Positions 1 to 13,389 of a DNA stretch of 64,000 bases are shown piece after piece (position 1 is the stretch's first letter; every line of letters begins with the position of its first letter). The translations under genes and the position numbers were made by a program. Source of the DNA: Thermoproteota archaeon (GTDB taxonomy: Archaea; Thermoproteota; Methanomethylicia; Methanomethylicales; Methanomethylicaceae); contig JAJHRG010000001.1 of assembly GCA_020832905.1 (NCBI GenBank), positions 64,809 through 128,808 of the forward strand. Direction: 5' to 3'. A model generated the notes under the pieces. It was not told the DNA's origin. It ran no database searches and saw only the letters and a list, made by a program, of their open reading frames with translations.

Positions 1-37
1 TTGAACCAATTGATTTTATTAATCCTTCTAATGACAT
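1..37 (-). CDS. 5' end (about 12 codons) of the gene immediately downstream of rpoB, truncated by the window edge. By the conserved archaeal rpoH-rpoB-rpoA1 order this is expected to be RNA polymerase subunit A'.
   Basis: ATG at 37..35 lies two nt after the rpoB stop. The call rests on position only; the fragment is too short to recognise. Confidence 0.3.
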   Translation of the reverse strand, partial: MSLEGLIKSIGS

Positions 38-39
38 TA

Positions 40-3357
<3,318 letters not shown>

Positions 3358-3361
3358 AATA

Positions 3362-3601
3362 TCACCATGGAACTACATATCTATATGCTATAGCTTCTCC
3401 TGCAATTTCACTTTTTCTTATAATCATTATTACATCACCTGGTTTAGCACCTAAAGCTTTACACATAGGATCATTCTTTCTTATCCATGGAAGTTGTTCT
3501 TTTCTTATACCATAGGTCTTTTTAAGGTTTTCTACTTCTTCTTTAGAGAGAATTCTAGCTTTAGGAACTAATTCATGTTTAAAAATATCAAACTTTACCA
3601 A
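3362..3601 (-). CDS. rpoH: RNA polymerase subunit H (Rpo5)
   Basis: FKHELVPKARILSKEEVENLKKTYGIRKEQLPWIRKNDPMCKALGAKPGDVIMIIRKSEIAGEAIAYRYVV matches the RpoH family. The six-frame ORF extends to 3730 but would overlap the tRNA-Tyr gene. The likely start is the TTG at 3601, giving about 80 aa, the canonical size. Confidence 0.7.
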   Translation of the reverse strand: MVKFDIFKHELVPKARILSKEEVENLKKTYGIRKEQLPWIRKNDPMCKALGAKPGDVIMIIRKSEIAGEAIAYRYVVPW

Positions 3602-3673
3602 TAACTCATCACCAACCCGAGTAGAAAGTAGGCATATTTTGAGAAATTTTTCTAGTTTATAAAGTTTCCTATT

Positions 3674-3813
3674 GTGGTCCCGCCCGCCGGATTTGAACCA
3701 GCGACCACCCGGTTTATGCCCAGCTGGCACAGATTCATCTTAATGCCATTTGGCAATATCATCTGTGCGACAATGGTCTACAGCCGGGCGCTCTACCGCT
3801 GAGCTAGGGCGGG
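3674..3813 (-). tRNA. tRNA-Tyr (anticodon GUA) with an intron of about 64 nt at the canonical 37/38 position; CCA is encoded
   Basis: Read on the minus strand: CCCGCCC-UA-GCUC-AGCGGUA-GAGC-G-CCCGG-CUGUAG[intron]A-CCGGG-UGGUC-GCUGG-UUCAAAU-CCGGC-GGGCGGG-A-CCA. The C1:G72 pair is the archaeal/eukaryal Tyr identity element. A further 3 nt on each side (GGU/ACC) can also pair. Confidence 0.8.
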
Positions 3814-3859
3814 ACCAATTTTAAATTAGAAACTTTTTTATTTAAGTTTTTTTTAATAT

Positions 3860-5020
3860 TTAAGGTCTTACACCAAGAACTAAGGAAATATTAACTATTT
3901 TTCCAGTTCTAAATATACCAATATTTACCTCTTGACCTGGTTTTTTATTTCTCTCAATATAAGATAATAATTCTTCCATATTTTTAATAATATGATTATC
4001 TATAGAGATAATAATATCTCCATCTGCATAAATTTGTTTTCCAGCAATTGTAATAATTTTTGTTCCTCCTTTTATACCAGCTTTTTCTGCAGGACTACCT
4101 TTAGCAACTGATTGTACTAGAACACCATATGTAAAATTAATTCCTATAGCCTTAGCTATATTATAGTCAATATCAATTCCACTTATTCCAATATATGGAT
4201 GATCATATTTTCCTTTTTTTACTAAATCATCTATTTCTCTAATTAATGTATCAGAAGGAATAGCAAATCCTACATTTTGTGCTCCCGGAATAATTGCAGT
4301 AGTTATACCAACAACTCTTCCATAAGCATCTAATAATGGTCCACCAGAATTACCTGGATTTATTGGTGTAGTAATTTGTATTAAATCTGCTAACAAATAA
4401 CTTCCTGTTATTTCAGTAGTTATAGCTCTTCCTAATTGACTTACTATACCAGATGTAAGTGTTGACTGAAGACCATAAGGATTTCCAACTGCAATAACAA
4501 AATCTCCAACTCTTAAAGTTGATGATGAGATAACAGGTAATGGTATTAATTTTTCTTTAGGTGCATAAACTTTCAATATTGCTAAATCACTATATTGATC
4601 TTTTCCTATAATATCAAAGGGATATGCTTCTCCATCAAAAAAAGTAACTGAGCCATTTACCATATTATTAACTACATGAAAATTTGTAACAATAAGTGGT
4701 TCTCCAGTTAAATTAACAATAAATCCTGAACCTATTACTTCACTATAATAATTAGTAAATATATCTTTTACAATATTAAAGCCCTTAATCATAACTACAG
4801 AGCACTTTACCTTTTCATAAATATCAGATAAACTAACATTAACTTGCTGATTTATAATTTGAATATTACTTTCTCTTAATTCAAGAAATGAAATTTTTTT
4901 CTTAAGAGAATCAATTTCTGACATTAGATTTTGTATTTCATTATAAGAAATAGCATAACCAATATATGCTCCAATAATAAATAATAGAAGAGATAATGAA
5001 ATTACTTGCTTAGTCTCCAT
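3860..5020 (-). CDS. HtrA/DegP-family serine protease (trypsin-like S1C plus PDZ) with an N-terminal membrane anchor and coiled coil
   Basis: Catalytic-triad context TNFHVV, DLAILKV and GNSGGPLLD. A PDZ-like C-terminal region. An N-terminal hydrophobic segment. Confidence 0.85.
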   Translation of the reverse strand: METKQVISLSLLLFIIGAYIGYAISYNEIQNLMSEIDSLKKKISFLELRESNIQIINQQVNVSLSDIYEKVKCSVVMIKGFNIVKDIFTNYYSEVIGSGFIVNLTGEPLIVTNFHVVNNMVNGSVTFFDGEAYPFDIIGKDQYSDLAILKVYAPKEKLIPLPVISSSTLRVGDFVIAVGNPYGLQSTLTSGIVSQLGRAITTEITGSYLLADLIQITTPINPGNSGGPLLDAYGRVVGITTAIIPGAQNVGFAIPSDTLIREIDDLVKKGKYDHPYIGISGIDIDYNIAKAIGINFTYGVLVQSVAKGSPAEKAGIKGGTKIITIAGKQIYADGDIIISIDNHIIKNMEELLSYIERNKKPGQEVNIGIFRTGKIVNISLVLGVRP

Positions 5021-5077
5021 AATCGTATATTCGGTAAAGCTTATTAAAATGTTTTCTAATTTCTTAAATTAGCTTTA

Positions 5078-5155
5078 GCCCCGATAGTATAGCCCGGCCT
5101 AGAATGCTGGCCTGTCGAGCCAGCGACCCGGGTTCAAATCCCGGTCGGGGCGCCA
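5078..5155 (+). tRNA. tRNA-Asp (anticodon GUC); CCA is encoded
   Basis: GCCCCGA...CUGGC-CUGUCGA-GCCAG...CCGGG-UUCAAAU-CCCGG-UCGGGGC-G-CCA. This is a cloverleaf with a long D-loop. Confidence 0.8.
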
Positions 5156-5225
5156 TATTTTTATATTTTTAAGAAAGAAAAAATAGTCTTATTTTTGATA
5201 ATATTTTTAAGTTGGTGATAAATTA

Positions 5226-6740
5226 TTGAGTAAAGAAAAAGTAAGATTAGCATATTCTGCTCTATATCTAGCATTACAAGGATTAATATCTTCAATACTT
5301 GGAATAATTTATTTTGCATTTATTGCAAGACTTTTATTAGAAGTATCAGATTTAGGAAAAATAGTATCAATTTCAATATTTTCTGATCTCTTAGTAACAT
5401 TAACAACACTTTCAATTTCATCAGCAATTACTAAGTATTTTTCTGAAAGTATAGGCAAGGGAGATAAGGAAGAAGCATATGGTATTATAGCAAATGGTTT
5501 TAAGTTTTTACTACTTTCTTCTATATTAAGTAGTATAGTTTGTATAATATTTGCTAAACAAATATCTTTAGTTTTTTTAAAAAATTCAGAAGATTTCTTT
5601 TATTTTTGGTTATTATCAATTCATATATTCTTTATAATTCTATCTCAAGTATTTACTTCTGTAATATATGCAACACAAATGTTTAAAGAATATTTTATCA
5701 TATACACATTATCAAATTCTACCAAGACATTTGTATCAATAATATTATTGAAAATAGGATTTGGAGTAATTGGAGTAATAATTGCTTGGATTACTAGTAG
5801 TTTCTTACTTCTTGTAGTTTCAATAATATTTTCTAAAAATTTATTAAAAATAAGAAAAGGATACTTTCCATTTAAAACTATGTTAAAGTATTCCATTCCA
5901 ATTTATGGTTCTTCTATTATTTCTTATTTTCAATCAACCATAGATAAGTACATATTATTGTTATTAATAGATCCAGAGGCACTTGGATTATATGCTCCAG
6001 CAGTAACTGCTATGGCATATGTAGCTGGATTTTCAGGATATATTACATCAGCAATTTTTCCAAAAATATCAGAACTTTTTGGTAAAAAAGATTTAATTAC
6101 TATGTCTAAAAGTCTAAAGGAAGCTTCTAGATATTCTTCTATAATTTATATTCCATTAGCATTTGGCTTAGCTGCTGTTGCTATTCCTACAATAGATCTT
6201 TTTGCAGGAAGTCGATATTTAGAAGGAGGATTACCATTAATGATATTAGCATTAACATCAATAATATTACCAATTAATAATACCTTAGGAATTTATTTTG
6301 CTTCAATTGGTAATACTAAGGTATTTTTTATTTCATCATTATTTTCACTTATTATGGAAAGTATTTTATCACTAATGATAATTCCAAAATTAAGTATAAT
6401 AGGTGCAGCATTAAGTAGAGGTTTATCAGTATTTTTTAGTTTTATTGTTTTTTTAATTTACTTAGATAATAAAAAAATTATAGATTGGAAGACTTTTTCA
6501 AAGATTTCTTTTGTTTCATTATTAATGAGTATAGTAGTATATTGTTTAACATTAATTATTTATTCTAAGTATTTTCTTCCAATTTATATAATGATAGGTG
6601 GTATAATCTATATTATATTAATACTCAAATTTAGAATTATAAATAAAAATGATATTGAGCTTATCTTAAGCTTATTTCCAGAAAAAATTAGAAATAAACT
6701 TAAGATAATAATTCATAGATTTTCTCTTTTATCCAGTTAA
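5226..6740 (+). CDS. Polysaccharide/oligosaccharide flippase of the MOP (Wzx/MATE-like) superfamily; possibly an AglR-like N-glycosylation flippase
   Basis: 504 aa with about 12-14 predicted TM helices and a glycine-rich hydrophobic composition typical of Wzx. TTG start. Adjacent to a GT2 gene. Confidence 0.6.
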   Translation: MSKEKVRLAYSALYLALQGLISSILGIIYFAFIARLLLEVSDLGKIVSISIFSDLLVTLTTLSISSAITKYFSESIGKGDKEEAYGIIANGFKFLLLSSILSSIVCIIFAKQISLVFLKNSEDFFYFWLLSIHIFFIILSQVFTSVIYATQMFKEYFIIYTLSNSTKTFVSIILLKIGFGVIGVIIAWITSSFLLLVVSIIFSKNLLKIRKGYFPFKTMLKYSIPIYGSSIISYFQSTIDKYILLLLIDPEALGLYAPAVTAMAYVAGFSGYITSAIFPKISELFGKKDLITMSKSLKEASRYSSIIYIPLAFGLAAVAIPTIDLFAGSRYLEGGLPLMILALTSIILPINNTLGIYFASIGNTKVFFISSLFSLIMESILSLMIIPKLSIIGAALSRGLSVFFSFIVFLIYLDNKKIIDWKTFSKISFVSLLMSIVVYCLTLIIYSKYFLPIYIMIGGIIYIILILKFRIINKNDIELILSLFPEKIRNKLKIIIHRFSLLSS

Positions 6741-7698
6741 AATTACCATTAATGATATTCTTTTTGTGAAAAATTTCTTCATAAATTTTTCTACCAAATT
6801 CATCATCATTTTTAACCTTTAATATTATAGAATTTGGATGTAATTTTCCTTCTTTTATTAATCCATCTTTATCACCATCAATTATTCCTATAATTGGAAT
6901 ATCAAATCTTTCTAAGATGTCTCCTACAATAGATGTAGTATCATCACCTACTGTTACAGCACAACATATACCTTCTTCTATAAACTTAAAAATATCATAA
7001 CCAGCATGTTCTATATAAGCAATTTTCTCTTTTTTAACCATAGGAATATATGCTCTTTTACTTACTTCATCTCTTAATAGAGAAATTGAATCAATTTTTG
7101 CATTTTTTAAATCAATTTTTCCAATTTTCTCAATACCATGTTTTTTAATCTCTACACCTTTTATATCAATAATATTACCATTTTCACAAACTATAACTAC
7201 ATTATCATCTCTAACTTTTCCAACTATTATACCATTAATTAATAACCAATCTCCAATTTCAGTTGCTAATACTTTCCTATATTCTCTATTTCCATCTATC
7301 CAATAATTATTTCCAAAATCTATTCCTTTCATTAAATTAAATTTTAAATCATTAGCAATTCTTTTAGCTATGTCTTTTATTTCTTCATTAATATAAGCAA
7401 CAGTATGAGTATTTGTTTCTATTCCCATTATAGGATATTTAATTTTCTTTGAAAGATGCCAAATATCAGCAAGCATTCGATTAACTGATGTTGTATGTGT
7501 TGCACTAATAACTAAATCAAAATTCTCTTTATTTATCCAATCTACAAATCTTTCTTTTAAGATAATAACATTACTAATATTATTATCCATCATAGCAATT
7601 CTTCCCATAGTTCCTGCTACAACACAACATAACTCTCCATAATTTTTTATAACATCTATAATACGATTTGCCCAACCATTATCAAAAATTTTTGACAT
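6700..7698 (-). CDS. Conserved hypothetical protein of unknown function
   Basis: Long ORF with no family recognisable by eye. The start is probably the ATG at 7698 (MSKIFDNGW...) rather than the upstream TTG of the ORF track. That choice leaves room for the divergent GT2 promoter. Confidence 0.45.
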   Translation of the reverse strand: MSKIFDNGWANRIIDVIKNYGELCCVVAGTMGRIAMMDNNISNVIILKERFVDWINKENFDLVISATHTTSVNRMLADIWHLSKKIKYPIMGIETNTHTVAYINEEIKDIAKRIANDLKFNLMKGIDFGNNYWIDGNREYRKVLATEIGDWLLINGIIVGKVRDDNVVIVCENGNIIDIKGVEIKKHGIEKIGKIDLKNAKIDSISLLRDEVSKRAYIPMVKKEKIAYIEHAGYDIFKFIEEGICCAVTVGDDTTSIVGDILERFDIPIIGIIDGDKDGLIKEGKLHPNSIILKVKNDDEFGRKIYEEIFHKKNIINGNFNWIKEKIYELLS

Positions 7699-7763
7699 AT
7701 GAAATCTTAAGCAAATTCTCATTATCATTAAAGATAAAAAATTCAAAGAGTGATATATTATTT

Positions 7764-8465
7764 ATGGTTAAAATTTCTGTTATCATTCCTACATATAATG
7801 AAGAAAAAAATATTGCACGTATACTTTATTGTTTATCAAAACAAACATTACCAAGAAAGAATTATGAAATTATAGTAGTTGATGGTGGAAGTAAAGATAG
7901 AACTATAGAAATTGCATCAAAATATGCAGATAAAGTTATAATGCAAAAAAGTAAAGGTGTAGGAGGAGCAAGAAATGATGGTGCTATAATTGCAAAAGGA
8001 GAAATTCTTGTTCATACAGATGCAGATGTTATTGTAGAGAAAGATTGGCTTGAAAATATATTAAAAAATTTTCATAATGATGTAATAGCAGTATGTGGAA
8101 TAGAAGAACCATTAGAGAATGAAATAAAATATAGAATACTTTACATTATTATAAATTTAATTACATATATAGCAGCAAAAATAGGAATTGTATGGACAAG
8201 AGGTACAAACACTGCAGTACGTAGGGATATTTTTTTAAAAATTGGAGGTTATAAGGATTATCCTATATGTGATGATGGAGAATTAGGATTAAGATTAAGA
8301 AAAATTGGTAAAGTGGTTTATTCTAATAAAATTATTGTAAAAGTATCATTAAGAAGATTTAAGAAATATGGAATATTAAAAGTAATTAAAGAATGGATAA
8401 AAGGAGATATAATGATTCTCATGGGAAAAAGACCTTATGCTAAATATCACAAAGAAATATATTAA
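7764..8465 (+). CDS. Family 2 glycosyltransferase (dolichyl-phosphate sugar transferase-like)
   Basis: VSVIIPTYNEEKNIARIL, VDGGSKDRT and DADV motifs mark the GT-A fold. The start is taken at MVKISVII, the ATG at 7764. Confidence 0.85.
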   Translation: MVKISVIIPTYNEEKNIARILYCLSKQTLPRKNYEIIVVDGGSKDRTIEIASKYADKVIMQKSKGVGGARNDGAIIAKGEILVHTDADVIVEKDWLENILKNFHNDVIAVCGIEEPLENEIKYRILYIIINLITYIAAKIGIVWTRGTNTAVRRDIFLKIGGYKDYPICDDGELGLRLRKIGKVVYSNKIIVKVSLRRFKKYGILKVIKEWIKGDIMILMGKRPYAKYHKEIY

Positions 8466-8603
8466 ATATTAGTCATTATTCCACTTAATTATATTACTGA
8501 AACCAGTCCTAAAGAACAAAAATCCCTTTTGGAAGGTTGAATTCAACTTCTTCTTTGATTTTTAATATGTAACCTTTAGTATTTTTCAATTAAAACCTAG
8601 ATA

Positions 8604-8678
8604 CGGGTCCGCCGGGATTTGAACCCGGGACCTTCGGCTCCGAAGGCCGACGCGCTATCCATGCTGCGCTACGGACCC
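8604..8678 (-). tRNA. tRNA-Arg (anticodon UCG)
   Basis: Minus strand: GGGUCCG-UA-GCGC-AGCAUGGAUA-GCGC-G-UCGGC-CUUCGGA-GCCGA-AGGUC-CCGGG-UUCAAAU-CCCGG-CGGACCC-G. There is no encoded CCA. Confidence 0.8.
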
Positions 8679-8736
8679 ATAATAGAAATTGAAAAAGTTT
8701 AATATTAACATTCCTAATTAATAAGTGGGAATAAAA

Positions 8737-9039
8737 ATGTCAAAAAATGAAGAAAAATCAAATAAAGAACTTGTATTACCTACAGAAGGACAAGTAGTTG
8801 GGATTATAGTTCAGCTTTTAGGTTTTAATAGAGTTAAAGTGAAATGTGCTGATGGTAAGACTAGAATATGTAGAATTCCAGGAAAAATGATAAAAAAAGT
8901 TTGGTTAAAAGAAGGAGATGTTGTTTTAGTTGCACCATGGGAATTTCAATATGATGAAAAAGGTGATATTATATGGCGTTATGAAAAAAATGAAATTAAA
9001 GAATTAAAAGAAAGAGGATTATTGGGAGTATTAGCTTAA
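8737..9039 (+). CDS. eif1a: Translation initiation factor 1A (aIF-1A)
   Basis: S1-like OB domain with GQVVGIIVQLLGFNRVKVKCADGKTRICRIPGKMIKKVWLKEGDVVLVAPWEFQ. Followed by the conserved Rio1 and KH genes. Confidence 0.9.
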   Translation: MSKNEEKSNKELVLPTEGQVVGIIVQLLGFNRVKVKCADGKTRICRIPGKMIKKVWLKEGDVVLVAPWEFQYDEKGDIIWRYEKNEIKELKERGLLGVLA

Positions 9040-9050
9040 AGTTGATTATA

Positions 9051-9809
9051 ATGTGGAAAGATGATATTACTAGAGAAATTGAAAAAAGAAGATTAAAAAT
9101 AAGAAAAGATGAAGATTTATTTGAAACTGTTGAAGAAGTTTTTGATACTCGTACTTTAATGGCACTTTATAAAATAATAAATAAAGGTATTATAAGTGAA
9201 ATGAGAGGAGTAGTAAAAAGTGGAAAAGAGTCAAGAGTTTATTGGGCAAAAGATAAGAATGATAATGATCTTGCAGTTAAAATATATCTTACATCATCTA
9301 TGGAATTTAGAAAAGGTATATTTCAATATATTCAAGGAGATCCAAGATTTAAAGTAGTAAAAGATTATAGGAAAATCATATACACTTGGGCGCAAAAAGA
9401 ATTTAAAAATCTTCAAATTGCTTATGATGCAGAAGTTTCAGTACCAAGACCAATATATGTTTATGAAAATATTTTAGTAATGGAATTTATAGGAGAGGAT
9501 GGAGTACCTGCACCATTATTAAGAGATTTACCTACATTAAATATAGAATTATTTAATCAAATAATAGAATCTATTAAGAAGCTTTATAATAAGGCAAAAT
9601 TAGTACATGCAGATTTAAGTGAATATAACATCATGGTGAATAATAATAAAATTTATATTATAGATTTTGGACAAGCAGTAACACTTGAACATCCTATGAG
9701 TTATGAATTTTTACTAAGAGATATTAGAAATATTGTAAGATTTTTTAGAAAAAGTGGAATTGAAGTTCCAGATGATGAGGCGATATTAAAATGGATAAAG
9801 GAAGCATAA
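9051..9809 (+). CDS. rio1: RIO-type serine/threonine protein kinase (Rio1)
   Basis: RIO domain: SGKESRVYWA, LAVKIY, LVHADLSEYNIMV and IDFGQAV. Canonical position after aIF1A. The ATG at 9051 is preferred over the TTG at 9042. Confidence 0.85.
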   Translation: MWKDDITREIEKRRLKIRKDEDLFETVEEVFDTRTLMALYKIINKGIISEMRGVVKSGKESRVYWAKDKNDNDLAVKIYLTSSMEFRKGIFQYIQGDPRFKVVKDYRKIIYTWAQKEFKNLQIAYDAEVSVPRPIYVYENILVMEFIGEDGVPAPLLRDLPTLNIELFNQIIESIKKLYNKAKLVHADLSEYNIMVNNNKIYIIDFGQAVTLEHPMSYEFLLRDIRNIVRFFRKSGIEVPDDEAILKWIKEA

Positions 9810-10387
9810 ATAGAATTTATTTAAAAATACCATTAGATAGAATTGGTGTAGTAATTGGAGAAGGAGGAGAAGTAAAAAGTGAAATTGAAAAAAGAACAGA
9901 AACAAAAATTCATATTGATAGTAAGACTGGAGAAGTTATAATAGAACCATCTTCAGAAAAATGTAATCCTGCAAATATTTTAAAAGCAAAAGATGTAATA
10001 ACAGCTATTGCATTAGGATTTAGTCATGAAAGAGCTTTTAGATTATTTGAAGAAAATCAAGTTTTAGATGTTATAAATTTAAAAGAAATAATAGGAAGTG
10101 AAAGAGAGAAATTAATAAGAATTAAAGGAAGAATAATTGGAGAAAAAGGAAAAACAAGAAGAATTATAGAAGAACAGACAGGAGCTTATGTTTCAGTTCA
10201 TGAAAATACAGTAGCAATAATAGGAGATTATGAAGAAGTAAGAGTAGCTAGAGAAGCCATAGAAATGCTTATAAAAGGAATGCAACATGCAACAGTTTAC
10301 AGATTTTTAAATAGAAAACACTTTGAATTAAAGAAAAGAGAAATTTCATTATGGGAAGAAAGAATTGAATTAAAGGAGGATACATAA
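9791..10387 (+). CDS. KH-domain RNA-binding protein (archaeal Dim2/Pno1 homologue)
   Basis: Two KH motifs (IGVVIGEGGEVKSEIEKRT and IIGEKGKTRRIIEEQTGA). This is the conserved third gene of the aIF1A-Rio1-KH cluster. Confidence 0.8.
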   Translation: MDKGSINRIYLKIPLDRIGVVIGEGGEVKSEIEKRTETKIHIDSKTGEVIIEPSSEKCNPANILKAKDVITAIALGFSHERAFRLFEENQVLDVINLKEIIGSEREKLIRIKGRIIGEKGKTRRIIEEQTGAYVSVHENTVAIIGDYEEVRVAREAIEMLIKGMQHATVYRFLNRKHFELKKREISLWEERIELKEDT

Positions 10388-11931
10388 TGTCTAGTGAGAA
10401 ATTTAAAGCTATTTCTGTTGCTGATTTTTTCTATAAAAATAGAGAAATTGCAGGATTTGATAATCCTGTAAGAGCAACATATACAATAATTAGAGAGCTT
10501 GTAGAAAATGCACTTGATGCTTGTGAGCAATACTCTATATTACCAGATATAAGAGTAAAACTAATAGATGAAGGAAACTCAATATATAGATTAATAGTAG
10601 AAGATAATGGAATTGGAATACCTTATGAACAAATACCTTATGCTTTTGGACAAGTATTATTTGGATCTAAATATACATTAAGACAAAGTAGAGGTATTTT
10701 TGGACTTGGAGGAAAGATGGCAGTTTTATATGGTCAAATAACAGCTCATAGTAATGTTAAAGTAACTTCAAGTCAAGGTGGATATGAAAAATATATGTTT
10801 GAATTATGTATAAATATTCAGGAAAATAAGCCAATAATAAAGAAAAAAGAAATTAAACCAAATCCTGGTAGATGGAGAGGAACTATAGTAGAAATTAAAT
10901 TTGAAGGAGATTATACTAGAGCAAAACCAAAAATTATAGAGTATTTTAGACAAACATCAATAATTTTACCTTATGCAAATATTTTATTTATAGATCCTGA
11001 TGGTGTACTTTATAGATTTGATAGAATAACAACAGTAATGCCTAAGCCTCCTAAAGAAGTAAAACCTCATCCTCATGGAGTAGATATAGAAATGATTAAT
11101 AGAATGATTAATACAAGTAGATGTTCTACTTTACTTGATTTTTTAGTAAATAACTTCCATAGAGTTGGAGTTGCTACAGCATTAAAATTTCTAAAAAGTG
11201 TAAAAATTGATCCAGAAACAAATCCAAGAGATTTAAAACCTGAAGATATTGTAAAATTAGTAAATAAAATGAAAACCTATGATAAATTTAGACCACCTGA
11301 TCCTAATTGTTTATCATGTATTGGTCCTGAATTACTTAAAGCAGGAATTATTAGAGAATTTAATCCTGAGTTTGTAGCAGTAACTCAAAGAAAACCATCT
11401 GCTTATTCTGGTCATCCATTTATAGTTGAGGCTGCTATAGCTTATGGAGGAAGAATACCAATAACTTCTGCAGATGAAATTCTAGTATATAGATTTGCAA
11501 ATAAAATCCCATTACTTTATGATCTACATAATGATGTAACAATGAAAGTTATTAAGAAAATAAATTGGAAAAGATATAAAATTGATTTAGGTAATATGCC
11601 ATTAGCATTTTTTGTTCATATATGTTCTACTAAAATACCATATAAAACTGTAGGAAAAGAGTATATTGCAGATAGACCTGAAGTTGAATATGAAATAGAA
11701 TGGGCATTAAAAACATGTGCAAGAAAATTAAGAATATATTTATCAAAAAAAGAAAAAATGAATATTGCACATAGAAGATATGCTATTATTGAAAAATACT
11801 TGCCAATAATTTCACAAATATCTACAGAACTTGCAAATGAAAATACTCCACCAAATTATGAAAAAATCTTAAAGAGGTTACAAGTATATGCAGAAGGAAG
11901 TGAACAAAGAAGTATTATCCAAGTTAGTTGA
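10387..11931 (+). CDS. top6B: DNA topoisomerase VI subunit B
   Basis: GHKL ATPase Bergerat fold: ELVENALDA, DNGIGI and GLGGKMAVLYG. 514 aa with a transducer domain. Confidence 0.9.
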   Translation: MSSEKFKAISVADFFYKNREIAGFDNPVRATYTIIRELVENALDACEQYSILPDIRVKLIDEGNSIYRLIVEDNGIGIPYEQIPYAFGQVLFGSKYTLRQSRGIFGLGGKMAVLYGQITAHSNVKVTSSQGGYEKYMFELCINIQENKPIIKKKEIKPNPGRWRGTIVEIKFEGDYTRAKPKIIEYFRQTSIILPYANILFIDPDGVLYRFDRITTVMPKPPKEVKPHPHGVDIEMINRMINTSRCSTLLDFLVNNFHRVGVATALKFLKSVKIDPETNPRDLKPEDIVKLVNKMKTYDKFRPPDPNCLSCIGPELLKAGIIREFNPEFVAVTQRKPSAYSGHPFIVEAAIAYGGRIPITSADEILVYRFANKIPLLYDLHNDVTMKVIKKINWKRYKIDLGNMPLAFFVHICSTKIPYKTVGKEYIADRPEVEYEIEWALKTCARKLRIYLSKKEKMNIAHRRYAIIEKYLPIISQISTELANENTPPNYEKILKRLQVYAEGSEQRSIIQVS

Positions 11932-12967
11932 ATTAGGAAAAGAAATTTATAAGCAAATAGAAAGAGGAGAATTTCCTAAGATAAAAATTCCAATAAGAAG
12001 TACATCAAATATTATATTTGATAGAACACTAAATCAATTAATTTTAGGACCAGAAGTTTCTGAAAGAAGTGCAGGAAATATAAAGCAAATAAGATCTTTA
12101 GCTCAATTTTTATGGGTTGCAGCATTTGCAAAAAAACTTATAGAAGAAGGAAAGAGTAGTACATTAAGAGATTTATTTTATCATTCTCTTAATTATGAAA
12201 TAAGATTTAGAAAACAAATAGAATCAAATGAAACAGTAGCAGATTTAGAAGCATATCTAGGAGTACCCAGAGAAAGTTTTAATATATTTCCAAAGGAAAG
12301 AGCTTCAATATTTGGAGATATTACAATTGAATATACAACACCTGAAACACATAAAGGAGTAAGAGTAAATTTAAGTTCAAATCCTGATGGAGTAATGATA
12401 GGACTTTCAGTTGCTCATTCAGAATTTATATCATGTAATGCAGATAAGGTTTTTGTAATAGAAAAAAATGCAATATTTAGAAGATTTATAGAAGAAAGAG
12501 TACATGTAAAGTTTAATGCAATACTAATAGATACTGCAGGACAAGCACCTAGAATGGCAAGATTACTAATAAGAAGATTAAATGAAGAACTTGGTCTACC
12601 AGTCTATATACTTACAGATGCAGATCCATGGGGTATGCATATTGCTATGGTTATAATAAAAGGATCTGCAAATGCAGCTCATTTAAGAGAATTAACAACA
12701 CCAAAAGCAAAATGGATCGGATTATGGGCTACTGATATAAGAAGATTTAATTTACCATCTTTTCCTCTTTCAAAACTTGATGAAGAAAGAATAAAAAAAC
12801 TTGAAGAAGATCCAAGATATAGAGATTTTGAGTGGCAATGTGAATTACAGGAATTTAAAAAAATAAAAAGAAGAGCTGAACTTGAAAGTTTTAGTGCTTA
12901 TGGATTAAATGCTATAGTTGAAAAATACCTACCAAAGAAGCTAAAAATTATAGAAGAAATAAGTTAA
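11888..12967 (+). CDS. top6A: DNA topoisomerase VI subunit A (Spo11-like)
   Basis: 5Y-CAP and Toprim region with YILTDADPWG. 359 aa. Lies directly after, and overlaps, top6B. Confidence 0.9.
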   Translation: MQKEVNKEVLSKLVELGKEIYKQIERGEFPKIKIPIRSTSNIIFDRTLNQLILGPEVSERSAGNIKQIRSLAQFLWVAAFAKKLIEEGKSSTLRDLFYHSLNYEIRFRKQIESNETVADLEAYLGVPRESFNIFPKERASIFGDITIEYTTPETHKGVRVNLSSNPDGVMIGLSVAHSEFISCNADKVFVIEKNAIFRRFIEERVHVKFNAILIDTAGQAPRMARLLIRRLNEELGLPVYILTDADPWGMHIAMVIIKGSANAAHLRELTTPKAKWIGLWATDIRRFNLPSFPLSKLDEERIKKLEEDPRYRDFEWQCELQEFKKIKRRAELESFSAYGLNAIVEKYLPKKLKIIEEIS

Positions 12968-13011
12968 TATGCGTAAAGTTTAATATGGCTTATTGAATTC
13001 AATTTAGTTGA

Positions 13012-13088
13012 GCCGCGGTAGCTCAGCCTGGTAGAGCGGCGGGCTGTTAACCCGTCGGTCGAAGGTTCGAGTCCTTCCCGCGGCGCCA
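13012..13088 (+). tRNA. tRNA-Asn (anticodon GUU); CCA is encoded
   Basis: GCCGCGG-UA-GCUC-AGCCUGGUA-GAGC-G-GCGGG-CUGUUAA-CCCGU...GAAGG-UUCGAGU-CCUUC-CCGCGGC-G-CCA. Confidence 0.85.
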
Positions 13089-13389
13089 CTTTCTATTTTT
13101 ATTTGTATAAAAGGAATATATGGTTGTATTTTTATTATATTATTCTAGATGATGAGAGGCTAATGTTCCTAGGTATATAGATGCAGAAAAAATAGTTTTA
13201 TTAAAGGATTACTGATTAACTTTTCAAGATGAAATCAAAATAAAAAACTTTAAATTATTTAAAAAATAAATATTAATTGTATGTGCTTTATTGGAGCTCC
13301 ATTTATTTATATAGATGTAGAAAAGATTTTAAGTGAAGAAGAAACTAAAGAAGGAATTAAAATAACTAAGGAAAATAAAAAGCCCATAA